In this document: positions 27,920 through 36,249 of the stretch, piece by piece
Layout of the letters: each line of letters begins with the position of its first letter
Position numbering within the stretch: the stretch's first letter is position 1
Source of the DNA: Acidimicrobiaceae bacterium
GTDB taxonomy: Bacteria > Actinomycetota > Acidimicrobiia > Acidimicrobiales > RAAP-2
NCBI GenBank assembly: GCA_947372925.1
Contig: CANBVQ010000001.1
Span: 54,286 to 118,285 of the forward strand
Reading direction: 5' to 3'
DNA length: 64,000 bases
Translations under genes and position numbers: made by a program
Notes under the pieces: model-generated
Told to the model about the DNA's origin: nothing
The model's input: only the letters and a program-made list of their open reading frames with translations
The model's database searches: none

Positions 27920-28939
27920 CTACGCCGAGGAACCGCCGAAAACACCGACCTCCGACCACTCGTTTGCCAACACTGCACTGCGCACCGTTTGGTAATCCAA
28001 AGCAGTGATAACCCGACCATCAATCAGGATGTCACTTGGTCCGAGATTGAACCTCGCCACGAGCTCGGCATTCGCAAAGCGACCTAGCGCCGTCTCAAAG
28101 AAACCGCCGATGTAGGGCGTCAAACCACCCTCGAGTGCCTGTTCAACCATGGTTCGAGCAATGGAGAGACCACCAACCCGGGCCGGCTTTATGCAAACGA
28201 TCGAAGCTGCTTCGTAACGGATCACATTTCTGATGTCCTGCATTGACCTGATGGACTCGTCGAGAGACAGCTGAATGCCCGAATCGCGTAGTTCGTAGTG
28301 AGCGGTGTAGTCCCCGACGGTTCCAATTTGCTCGACGAAACCTACGGTCGCATGAACCGATGCCAAGGCGACATGTTCGCGCACTTGGTCAGTAGTGGGA
28401 CAACTGGCGTTGTAGTCAAGCACGACCGGGCACGTTGCACCCCGAATGGCTTCAAACACGCTTGGGTCGATAGAGGGTCCAGCCTTCAATCGCAACAATG
28501 ACACTGAATCAGTGATGGGTGGTACGTAGGGAACACCAATCAACGAGCCAGTGGCAATGCCTGCCGTAAGGGAGAGCTCCGCTTCACTCGTTTGTCGAAC
28601 CTCACCGTCGTAGAGTGCACCCTCAATCAGTGCCGCTGACGCGCGACTAACGGCGTCATTTCCAAAGAGTGCAGGAATCTGCGCCCAATATGGGTGGTGG
28701 GCATTGCGCGATCGAACGCTCAGGAATCTTGGGATAGCGATTTGAGCAAGGTGTTCGAGCACATCGGAAACCCCGGCGTCGCCATTTATGCCCGTATTTT
28801 GGGGGGCAATTTCCGCGACTCCAGTGAAGTCTCCGTCTGAGAGCGCCAAGGCAATACTCGTTCGACTGACGTGAGTTTCAACTCCCGTTGGAATGCTCTG
28901 AGGCAAATTCCGCTCAAAAACTGACAACTGTGCCTTCAC
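27920..28939 (-). CDS. menC: o-Succinylbenzoate synthase-like enolase-superfamily protein, divergent
   Basis: Capping domain GVAEI; barrel motifs RLK, LDYNA, VEQI, LDESI, CIKPARVGGL and GGFFET. menF and menG are in the same window. Confidence 0.7.
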   Translation of the reverse strand: MKAQLSVFERNLPQSIPTGVETHVSRTSIALALSDGDFTGVAEIAPQNTGINGDAGVSDVLEHLAQIAIPRFLSVRSRNAHHPYWAQIPALFGNDAVSRASAALIEGALYDGEVRQTSEAELSLTAGIATGSLIGVPYVPPITDSVSLLRLKAGPSIDPSVFEAIRGATCPVVLDYNASCPTTDQVREHVALASVHATVGFVEQIGTVGDYTAHYELRDSGIQLSLDESIRSMQDIRNVIRYEAASIVCIKPARVGGLSIARTMVEQALEGGLTPYIGGFFETALGRFANAELVARFNLGPSDILIDGRVITALDYQTVRSAVLANEWSEVGVFGGSSA

Positions 28940-28978
28940 GAACAGTCACCTTAGAACGAATGCTAACTTTGTGTTCCT

Positions 28979-29064
28979 GCCCGGATGGCGGAATGGCAGA
29001 CGCAGGGGACTCAAAATCCCCCGATCGCAAGGTCGTGTGGGTTCAAGTCCCACTCCGGGCACCA
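28979..29064 (+). tRNA. tRNA-Leu (anticodon CAA), CCA encoded
   Basis: Acceptor stem GCCCGGA/TCCGGGC, D-arm GGCGGAATGGCAGAC, anticodon stem GGGGA-CTCAAAA-TCCCC, long variable arm, GGGTTCAAGTCCC T-arm, A-CCA end. Extended -10 TGCTAACTT at 28961-28969. Confidence 0.97.
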
Positions 29065-29078
29065 CTACGGTTATGACT

Positions 29079-29984
29079 ATGCCTCTAGTACGCGACAATC
29101 AGGCTGTGGCGCTCTTTCCGGGCCAAGGTGCACTGACACCTGGAGCCGGTCTCCCCTGGGTCTCCGAGAAGAGCTGGGATATGGTCCGCGCAATATCTGA
29201 AATAACCGACGTTGACATCGCTCACCTTCTCCTCACAGCAGATCACGACGAGGTAGTTCGAACAGATAACGCACAACTGGCAACCTTTGCACTCTCACTC
29301 GTCGGCTGGCATTGTCATCTCGAAAACCACGACTCGCCAGCATTTTTCATTGGTCACAGCCTCGGAGAGTTCACGGCATTGGTTGCTGCCGGTGTCATCG
29401 ACTACGTATCGGGCGCACGGCTCGTCTTGGCTCGAGGGCAGGCTATGCAGCGGGCTAACGAGGTGCATCCCGGCACCATGGCCGCACTCATGGGCGGAGA
29501 CGACGACGCGCTCTCTCGATTGAGCGAGATCAACGATCTATGGCTAGCCAACTTCAATGGTGAAGGTCAGACGGTCGTCTCCGGTTCGCTCGATGCCATC
29601 GCCGAACTTGAGCAGCGGGGCAAAGAACTGGGTTGGCGTCGTGTGACTCGACTGAAAGTCGGAGGCGCTTTTCATTCTCCTCTCATGGCCACGGCACAAG
29701 AGGAGCTCGACCGAGTGCTCGCCGCTACTGAATTTCAGCAAATCGACGGGCAAGTGATTGCCAACGTTGACGGAAACATCCGTTCTGGCGGTGATGAATG
29801 GCGCTCACTACTTTCTCGTCAGTTAACTCAACCGGTGCAGTTCCTACGCTCCGTAGAGGTGCTTCCGCCAACAGTAGAGCGGACAGTCGAGATGCCCCCG
29901 GGAACAGTCTTAACTGGTCTTACTAAGCGGATTCGAAGCTTCACCGAACAAGACAGTGTTCGACCACGAAAGGATCAACCATGA
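29079..29984 (+). CDS. fabD: Malonyl-CoA:ACP transacylase
   Basis: FPGQG, TDNAQLA, GHSLGE nucleophile motif, GGAFHSPLM and QLTQPVQF. The start is ATG at 29079 or 29073; the track's 28971 start overlaps the tRNA. Confidence 0.92.
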   Translation: MPLVRDNQAVALFPGQGALTPGAGLPWVSEKSWDMVRAISEITDVDIAHLLLTADHDEVVRTDNAQLATFALSLVGWHCHLENHDSPAFFIGHSLGEFTALVAAGVIDYVSGARLVLARGQAMQRANEVHPGTMAALMGGDDDALSRLSEINDLWLANFNGEGQTVVSGSLDAIAELEQRGKELGWRRVTRLKVGGAFHSPLMATAQEELDRVLAATEFQQIDGQVIANVDGNIRSGGDEWRSLLSRQLTQPVQFLRSVEVLPPTVERTVEMPPGTVLTGLTKRIRSFTEQDSVRPRKDQP

Positions 29985-30685
29985 GTCGAGTTGTTGTAGT
30001 GACGGGAGCCAGCCGCGGTATCGGCGCAGCCACTGCTTCCGCATTTGTGCAGCTGGGTGACACGGTCATCACGATTTCTCGAAGCGGGAACAGCCCAGAC
30101 GGTGTCGCCAAGTCTCTCACCGTCGACGTCTCTGATGCCGACGCGCTCAAGAGCGCTTGTGACGAAATCGTTGCCGAATTTGGACCCATTGAAGTCTTGG
30201 TAGCCAACGCCGGAATAACGCGCGACGGCCTAGCGTTGCGAATGACCACCGAACAGTGGCGCGACGTGGTTGCCACGAATCTGGACGGTGCTTTCTTCAG
30301 TGCCCAAGGCGCCATGAGTTCGATGGTCAAGAACCGCAAAGGTTCCATCGTCTTCATTGGCTCAGTTTCTCCGTTCCTAGGTATCCCCGGGCAGGCAAAC
30401 TATGCCGCTGCCAAGGCTGGGCTTGTTGGGTTAGCCCGGTCGCTAGCCAGCGAATTGGCCCGTCGCAACATCACTGTCAATGTGGTGGCGCCCGGCTTCA
30501 TTGACACGGAAATGACTGCCGAGTTGGGTTCAGATCTCGATACCCTTCTCCCCCGGATACCCGCTGGACGTATTGGCCAGCCCGAAGATATTGCCCACGT
30601 CGTCACATTCTTGGCCTCCGAGCAGGCTCGCTACATCACCGGTGCCGTTCTCCCCGTAGACGGCGGCTTAGGCATGGGCCTCTAA
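29981..30685 (+). CDS. fabG: 3-oxoacyl-ACP reductase
   Basis: TGASRGIG, NAGITRD, YAAAK catalytic motif, VAPGFIDTEMT. Confidence 0.93.
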   Translation: MSRVVVVTGASRGIGAATASAFVQLGDTVITISRSGNSPDGVAKSLTVDVSDADALKSACDEIVAEFGPIEVLVANAGITRDGLALRMTTEQWRDVVATNLDGAFFSAQGAMSSMVKNRKGSIVFIGSVSPFLGIPGQANYAAAKAGLVGLARSLASELARRNITVNVVAPGFIDTEMTAELGSDLDTLLPRIPAGRIGQPEDIAHVVTFLASEQARYITGAVLPVDGGLGMGL

Positions 30686-30709
30686 CCAACATCGACGCCG
30701 GTCGGAAAC

Positions 30710-30731
30710 TACGATTAGAGAAACGAAGGAG
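30710..30731 (+). promoter_or_regulatory. Probable internal promoter (-10 TACGAT, 30710-30715) and SD (AAGGAG, 30726-30731) for acpP-fabF
   Basis: Read directly from the 51-bp fabG-acpP gap. Confidence 0.5.
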
Positions 30732-30736
30732 CCAAG

Positions 30737-30976
30737 ATGGACCGCGCAGAAGCACTCGAGAAGTTCAATCAACACGCAGTGGATGTATTGGCCGTTGAGG
30801 CGTCTCAGTTGACTCCTGAAGCCGCCTTCGGTGATGACCTAGGGGCCGACAGCCTTGACCTCGTGGAGCTCGTAATGGCCCTCGAGGAAGAGTTCGACAT
30901 TGAAGTAGGTGAAGACGAGCTCAAGGACATTCGTACGGTCGGTCAAGCCTTCGAGCTGATTTTCGCGAAACTGTAG
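30737..30976 (+). CDS. acpP: Acyl carrier protein
   Basis: [12 protein letters not shown] phosphopantetheine site; acidic 79-aa protein. Confidence 0.96.
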   Translation: MDRAEALEKFNQHAVDVLAVEASQLTPEAAFGDDLGADSLDLVELVMALEEEFDIEVGEDELKDIRTVGQAFELIFAKL

Positions 30977-32172
30977 TGCTACTGGGATTTCATCCCGACT
31001 CCCCCGTCGAGGGTCGCCGCGTCGTAGTGACGGGCATTGGCGCCATGTCGTGTGCCGGAACTGGTGCTGACGCGCTCTGGCAAGCATTGCTCTCAGGAGC
31101 GACCCCAGATGATCGCCACGTACCAGCGTTCGATGCTTCACACCTAGGCGGGCCAAAAGAGCTTCGGCGATTAGACCCCTTCACACTCTTTGCTCTGGCG
31201 GCCGCCGACGAAGCTTGGTTGCAATCTGGCCTCGACGCCACATTTGCCAACGCTGCCAGCATCATCGCTACTGGCATTGGTGGACTCCAGACGCTCATCG
31301 AGCAACTCGATGTACTGAATGACCGCGGTGCGAACCGAGTGTCTCCATTCTTGATTCCCATGATGATGCCCAATGCCGCGGCAGCCGCCGTCTCGATGCG
31401 CTTTGGCACCCGTGGTCCATGCGAGACCATTACGACTGCGTGCGCCGCTGGAACCCACGCCATTGGCTACGCCGCCCGACTGGTGGCCTCTGGTCGCGTT
31501 GACGTAGCCGTCGCTGGAGGTGCCGAAGCAGTCATTACGCCAGTGAGTATTGCTGGATTTTCGAATATGACAGCCCTCTCTTCTAGCGGCCTTTCTCGCC
31601 CTTTCGATGTCGATCGCGACGGTTTCGTAATGGGCGAAGGGGCCGGCGTTCTCGTCCTTGAATCCCTCGACCACGCTCAAGCTAGAGGTGCAACGATCTT
31701 GGCCGAGATTTTGGGGGCCGCCTCAACCGCCGACGCCCACCATCTAACTGCGCCCGACCCAGAAGGGGCTGGCGCTATCGAATGCATTCGCCTGACCCTT
31801 CGCGACGCCCAACTTGACGCCAGTGAGATTGATCACGTCAATGCTCATGGCACCTCTACGCCCCTCAATGACCGCGCCGAGGGAGAAGCTATCTCCACCG
31901 TTTTTGGAGACCGGAGGCCCCCCGTCACCTCGATCAAGGGGTACTTAGGCCACTCGCTCGCAGCGGCCGGAGCACTCGAAGCGGTAGTGGCAGTACTGAC
32001 GCTGCAGCATCAATTAATCCCCGCCACCCTCGGGACAAGCACGGTAGACCCTGAAATCGATGTTGATGTTGTCCTGGGCAGCCCGCGACCCCACGCGATC
32101 CGAAACATCATTTCGAATTCATTCGGATTTGGCGGCCACAATGGCTGCCTGGCTATCGGCCAACCGCGTTAA
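30976..32172 (+). CDS. fabF: Beta-ketoacyl-ACP synthase II
   Basis: TTACAAG (Cys), NAHGTST and GHSLAAAG (His-His), SNSFGFGGHN. Confidence 0.92.
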   Translation: MLLGFHPDSPVEGRRVVVTGIGAMSCAGTGADALWQALLSGATPDDRHVPAFDASHLGGPKELRRLDPFTLFALAAADEAWLQSGLDATFANAASIIATGIGGLQTLIEQLDVLNDRGANRVSPFLIPMMMPNAAAAAVSMRFGTRGPCETITTACAAGTHAIGYAARLVASGRVDVAVAGGAEAVITPVSIAGFSNMTALSSSGLSRPFDVDRDGFVMGEGAGVLVLESLDHAQARGATILAEILGAASTADAHHLTAPDPEGAGAIECIRLTLRDAQLDASEIDHVNAHGTSTPLNDRAEGEAISTVFGDRRPPVTSIKGYLGHSLAAAGALEAVVAVLTLQHQLIPATLGTSTVDPEIDVDVVLGSPRPHAIRNIISNSFGFGGHNGCLAIGQPR

Positions 32173-32932
32173 TCGCGCTTCGCATTTCGCCAAGAAACTG
32201 TTCGACGCCCTTAGGCCCCTCACCATCCAAAAGCCTTTGCACCAGTGCGGAGCCGACAATGGCACCGTCCGCAAACGCACAGGCGGCGGCAGCTTGTTCG
32301 GGTGTCGTTATTCCGATGCCAACATAGATCGGAACAGTTGACGCCTGTCGAAGTTTCTCGACAACCAAGTCTCCTCGTCCCTCATCACTGGCCACGCCGG
32401 TAACGGCCATTCTCGCGGCCGCGTAGGCAAATCCCTGTGTCTCTGCAGCGAGCTGCATGGCCCGCTCGGGAGGAGTCGATAACGCGGTCATCAAAATTGA
32501 CGCAACATCATGCTCGTTGCTGACAGTCCGCCAAGGCGCAATTTCCTCGAGCGAGAGGTCGGGCACGATTGTGCCCAAAACGCCCGCTTCGTGCAGCTCG
32601 ATCGCCGACCGCTCTAATCCGTGGTGATGAAAGATATTGAAATAGGTCATCACAATGAGCGGGACATCAATATCGAGCGTGTGCAGGCCCTCAAGAACGC
32701 TAGTCAGAGTGGTGCCACGGCCCAAAGCTCGGAGCGAGGCTTCTTGAATGACCTTGCCATCCATAATTGGATCGGAAAAAGGAACACCAATTTCAATGGC
32801 ATCGGCACCAGCAAAGGCCGCCGCTTTCACGCACTCCAACCACTCATCATCTAACCCACCCAAGAAGTAGGGAACCAAGGCCTTGCGACCTCCGTCACGC
32901 AATTCGCGAAGTCGTATATCCAAGGTCGTCAT
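32153..32932 (-). CDS. trpA: Tryptophan synthase alpha chain
   Basis: [23 protein letters not shown] and DGAIVGSA. Confidence 0.95.
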   Translation of the reverse strand: MTTLDIRLRELRDGGRKALVPYFLGGLDDEWLECVKAAAFAGADAIEIGVPFSDPIMDGKVIQEASLRALGRGTTLTSVLEGLHTLDIDVPLIVMTYFNIFHHHGLERSAIELHEAGVLGTIVPDLSLEEIAPWRTVSNEHDVASILMTALSTPPERAMQLAAETQGFAYAAARMAVTGVASDEGRGDLVVEKLRQASTVPIYVGIGITTPEQAAAACAFADGAIVGSALVQRLLDGEGPKGVEQFLGEMRSAINAVGR

Positions 32933-34104
32933 TGAGCACCCCGAAGAATGTCACGGACCTGAGCAACGTCCTTGTCACCACGGCCAGAAAGGTTCAACAA
33001 AACCTTGGAGCCACGAGGAATCAATGTGCCTGCCTCTCGAATCACCCAGGCGAGAGCGTGCGCGGTCTCGAGGGCGGGAATGATGCCTTCAAGACGCGAG
33101 AGCATCTGCAGGGCCTCTAGAACTTCCTCGTCGTTTGCTGAGTAGTACTTGGCCCTTCCCGACGAAGCCAGATGTGCATGCTCCGGTCCAATTCCTGGAT
33201 AATCCAATCCGGCGGAAATTGAATGGGCCTCTTCGATCTGACCCACCTCGCTTTGGATAAGAAGTGAGCGCATACCGTGCAAAACTCCGGGCGTTCCAAA
33301 GCCCACGGCTGAACCACCGGCGGCTTCTACTCCTACCAACTGACTGCTCGAGTTAGCGAAACCGGCAAACATACCTGCAGCATTGGACCCACCGCCGACG
33401 CATGCCACTACGTAATCAGGCTCGCCGATTTGAAGTTCTTGAAACTGCGCGGCCGCCTCAATACCCAAGATGCTCTGAAACTCCCGAACCATCCAAGGGA
33501 AAGGGTGGGGGCCCATTACCGAACCGAGGCAGTAGTGGGTATCTTCAACACATGTGACCCATTCGCGCATGGCTTCGTTGACGGCATCCTTCAGCGTCCT
33601 AGAACCACTGGTCACTGGCACAACCTTGGCACCCAGGAGTTCCATACGGAAAACGTTGAGCGACTGCCTCTGTGTGTCGATTTCGCCCATGTACACCGTG
33701 CACTCAAGCCCGAGTCGAGCCGCAGCGGTCGCTGAAGCGACTCCGTGTTGACCGGCTCCGGTCTCGGCAATCATGCGAGGCTTGCCCATTCGCTTCGTTA
33801 ACAAGGCCTGACCAACAACGTTGTTGATCTTGTGCGATCCGGTGTGAGCTAAATCTTCCCGCTTCAGGTAAACCTGCACTCCGAGTGCATCAGAAAGTCG
33901 CGGACAGAATGTCACGGGCGTAGGACGACCACCAAACTCTTTGAGCGTGTGCTCGTACTCGGCGTGAAAAGAAGGATCGGCCCAGGCATCCTTAAATGCC
34001 GCCTCTAGTTCAAGACAGGCCGGAATGAGAGCTTCAGGCACAAACCGGCCACCAAACTCTCCAAAGCGTCCAGAAGCATCGGGACTTCCCATATACGTCG
34101 TCAC
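32929..34104 (-). CDS. trpB: Tryptophan synthase beta chain
   Basis: [18 protein letters not shown] site, [34 protein letters not shown]. Confidence 0.97.
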   Translation of the reverse strand: MTTYMGSPDASGRFGEFGGRFVPEALIPACLELEAAFKDAWADPSFHAEYEHTLKEFGGRPTPVTFCPRLSDALGVQVYLKREDLAHTGSHKINNVVGQALLTKRMGKPRMIAETGAGQHGVASATAAARLGLECTVYMGEIDTQRQSLNVFRMELLGAKVVPVTSGSRTLKDAVNEAMREWVTCVEDTHYCLGSVMGPHPFPWMVREFQSILGIEAAAQFQELQIGEPDYVVACVGGGSNAAGMFAGFANSSSQLVGVEAAGGSAVGFGTPGVLHGMRSLLIQSEVGQIEEAHSISAGLDYPGIGPEHAHLASSGRAKYYSANDEEVLEALQMLSRLEGIIPALETAHALAWVIREAGTLIPRGSKVLLNLSGRGDKDVAQVRDILRGAQ

Positions 34105-34772
34105 TAGTCCTCCTCGGACATCGGATAGTTACCTACTGAGGGTAAACGTTGGACATAGCCCTGCCGTGCAGCGCGGATGAAGTCAGAAACCAGTTCGGGA
34201 TCCTTGCGACCAGGACCAGCCTCCACCCCTGTCGAAACATCGACGCCGCGCACTGGGAGCGTTCGAGCAACGTGACCGACATTAAATGGAGTTAGCCCCC
34301 CAGCGGCGATCACCGGTGTGCGCATGTGCGTCCGACCGAGAGGGCCCCATTCGTGGGTTTCTCCGCTTCCAGGATTCTCACCGTCCAGAAGCAGGAAGTC
34401 GGCGTGTGAACGATCGAACTCTCTGAGGCTCGGTGATTCGGCCGGCAATGCCTTTATTACCGTGGGGATGAAGTCCCGCAGAAAAGCCACTTCATCGGCC
34501 GACTCGAGGCCGTGCAACTGAACGGCGGTCAGACCAACCTCTTCGGCAATCTCGATAACCCTGATCTTGTCTTCATTACGAAACACGCCTACGGCGGTCA
34601 CATCTTCCGGCAAGCGCTTGACGATATCGCGCGCCTCACCTGGCACCATTTGACGAATTGAAGGCGCAAAGACAAAACCAATGGCGTTCGCACCCTGGCT
34701 GACACACATCAAGGCATCAGCCTCAGTCGTAATGCCACAGATCTTTACGATGAAATCCTCAGAAGCCAGCAT
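34104..34772 (-). CDS. trpF: Phosphoribosylanthranilate isomerase
   Basis: [47 protein letters not shown]. Confidence 0.92.
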   Translation of the reverse strand: MLASEDFIVKICGITTEADALMCVSQGANAIGFVFAPSIRQMVPGEARDIVKRLPEDVTAVGVFRNEDKIRVIEIAEEVGLTAVQLHGLESADEVAFLRDFIPTVIKALPAESPSLREFDRSHADFLLLDGENPGSGETHEWGPLGRTHMRTPVIAAGGLTPFNVGHVARTLPVRGVDVSTGVEAGPGRKDPELVSDFIRAARQGYVQRLPSVGNYPMSEED

Positions 34773-35563
34773 CAGCTCCGCTCCCCGATGGGAAATCCGA
34801 CAAAACTGGCCACTTCATCTTGTGGGTCGCTCGCAACTACAAAATTTTCGCCAACTAAGACGGCATCAAAACCAGAACCTGCAGCTCGCCGCACGGCATC
34901 CGATGAGCTGAAGCCAGATTCGGCGACGGCCACAACATGTTCAGGCAGAAAGGAGGCAACCTTCTCAGCCCTCTCTGCATCAACGGCAAATGAGTGGAGG
35001 TCTCGCTGATTTACGCCAATCAATGTCGCTCCGATCGAAAGTGCACGTTCCGCTTCCGCAACATCGTGAACTTCAACGAGGGCATCGATTCCGCAACTGA
35101 TGGCGACGTCGTGAAACTCCCTCAACTCGTCCAGAGTCAGTGCGGCGACAATCAAGAGAACCGCACTGGCTCCCATTTCGACCGTGTCGAGGACATCATT
35201 CACCGAAACCGTAAAGTCCTTCCGCAGAATTGGGACCTCCACCGCCGCACGAACCAATTGCAGGTCTGCTTCCGATCCAGCAAAATGAGGCACATCGGTG
35301 AGAACGGAAATAGCGCTCGCGCCTCCCGCCACGTAGGACACAGCAAGTTGGGCCGGATCGAGATGTTCATTGAGCCAACCCTTAGATGGGCTCTTTCGCT
35401 TTACTTCAGCGATTACGGCGTTCCCTTCGGGCCGATGCAATCGAAGAGCCTCGGCTAGCGAGGAACCCGAAGGTGTCACCGACCGGGTCCTCCAGTCACG
35501 AGAATCACTCGCCGCCCGTGCACGGTGGGCCGCCACAATCTTGTCGAGATAGGTTGGCGCCAT
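34772..35563 (-). CDS. trpC: Indole-3-glycerol phosphate synthase
   Basis: IAEVKRKSPSKG, ISVLTD, ILRKDF, LVEVH, IGVNQRDL, VAESG. Confidence 0.95.
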   Translation of the reverse strand: MAPTYLDKIVAAHRARAASDSRDWRTRSVTPSGSSLAEALRLHRPEGNAVIAEVKRKSPSKGWLNEHLDPAQLAVSYVAGGASAISVLTDVPHFAGSEADLQLVRAAVEVPILRKDFTVSVNDVLDTVEMGASAVLLIVAALTLDELREFHDVAISCGIDALVEVHDVAEAERALSIGATLIGVNQRDLHSFAVDAERAEKVASFLPEHVVAVAESGFSSSDAVRRAAGSGFDAVLVGENFVVASDPQDEVASFVGFPIGERS

Positions 35564-35583
35564 GGCCTTAGCGTACCGGCGAA

Positions 35584-36249
35584 TCAGGCTAAATAGGTAA
35601 GTTCGGCGCCTAACGCAGTGAGCGACGACGGCTCAAAACTCCTATGGACCACACCGCGCCAGTGGATCGAGCCACCGTGAGAAGAGCGAGACGTGACACC
35701 CTGGGGGCCCTGCGGTCCGGCGTCTTGCAGCAGCACCGCAACGGCCTCGAGATCCCCACCGACACCAGCGATGAAACGCCAGGGCATCGTCGCCCCACGA
35801 GCATCAGCTCGCCCCACCAATTCCTGGCCCGTAAAGCAACCCTTCGAAAATGACACCGTCTTGTCCACAACACGCTGACCATAGGAATGGGGAGGCAGTC
35901 CAAGGGCCCATTCGAAGGACGACGGCCACGCATCGGCGACCAACGTCTCGATGCCCCGGCCTGGTGAAGCGGTACCGAGATCTTCCAAGGTGACGTCTAC
36001 CCGAAGGACAAATCTCTGGACCCTGGCGAGCACATCGGCAGCAAGTGAGTCAGGCACAATCAAGTCGATGTAGTCGTTTTCCACTAAAACCTCTAGGTCC
36101 GACAGAACCTCACCACTTGGCTGCAGTAGCAGGGAGCGGTGAGGACCCATCGTCGCGATATCTTGCGTCAGCTGACCCTGGAGGTAATCCAGTCGATCGA
36201 CGCCATGTACACGAAGTCGTCGCCATTGCAGCGTTTCGAGTTCATTCAC
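35584..36249 (-). CDS. YgfZ/GcvT-family folate-binding protein, shortened (221 aa)
   Basis: HGVDRLDYLQGQLTQDI N-terminus and the YgfZ signature VSFSKGCFTGQELV. Confidence 0.8.
   Translation of the reverse strand: MNELETLQWRRLRVHGVDRLDYLQGQLTQDIATMGPHRSLLLQPSGEVLSDLEVLVENDYIDLIVPDSLAADVLARVQRFVLRVDVTLEDLGTASPGRGIETLVADAWPSSFEWALGLPPHSYGQRVVDKTVSFSKGCFTGQELVGRADARGATMPWRFIAGVGGDLEAVAVLLQDAGPQGPQGVTSRSSHGGSIHWRGVVHRSFEPSSLTALGAELTYLA

Noticed and set aside
24342-27950. ANTAR dual-hairpin target RNA near the pdtaR-like gene
   Set aside because: No pair of stems with 6-nt G1/G4 loops was found by eye; the rpsA leader hairpin has a 7-nt loop.
28971-29078. ORF-track N-terminal extension of fabD (MFLPGWRNGRRR...)
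   Set aside because: It is a read-through of the tRNA-Leu gene; FabD similarity starts at ~29079.
28979-29100. tRNA-Leu as an integration (att) site
   Set aside because: No duplicated tRNA 3' end and no integrase; housekeeping genes flank it directly.
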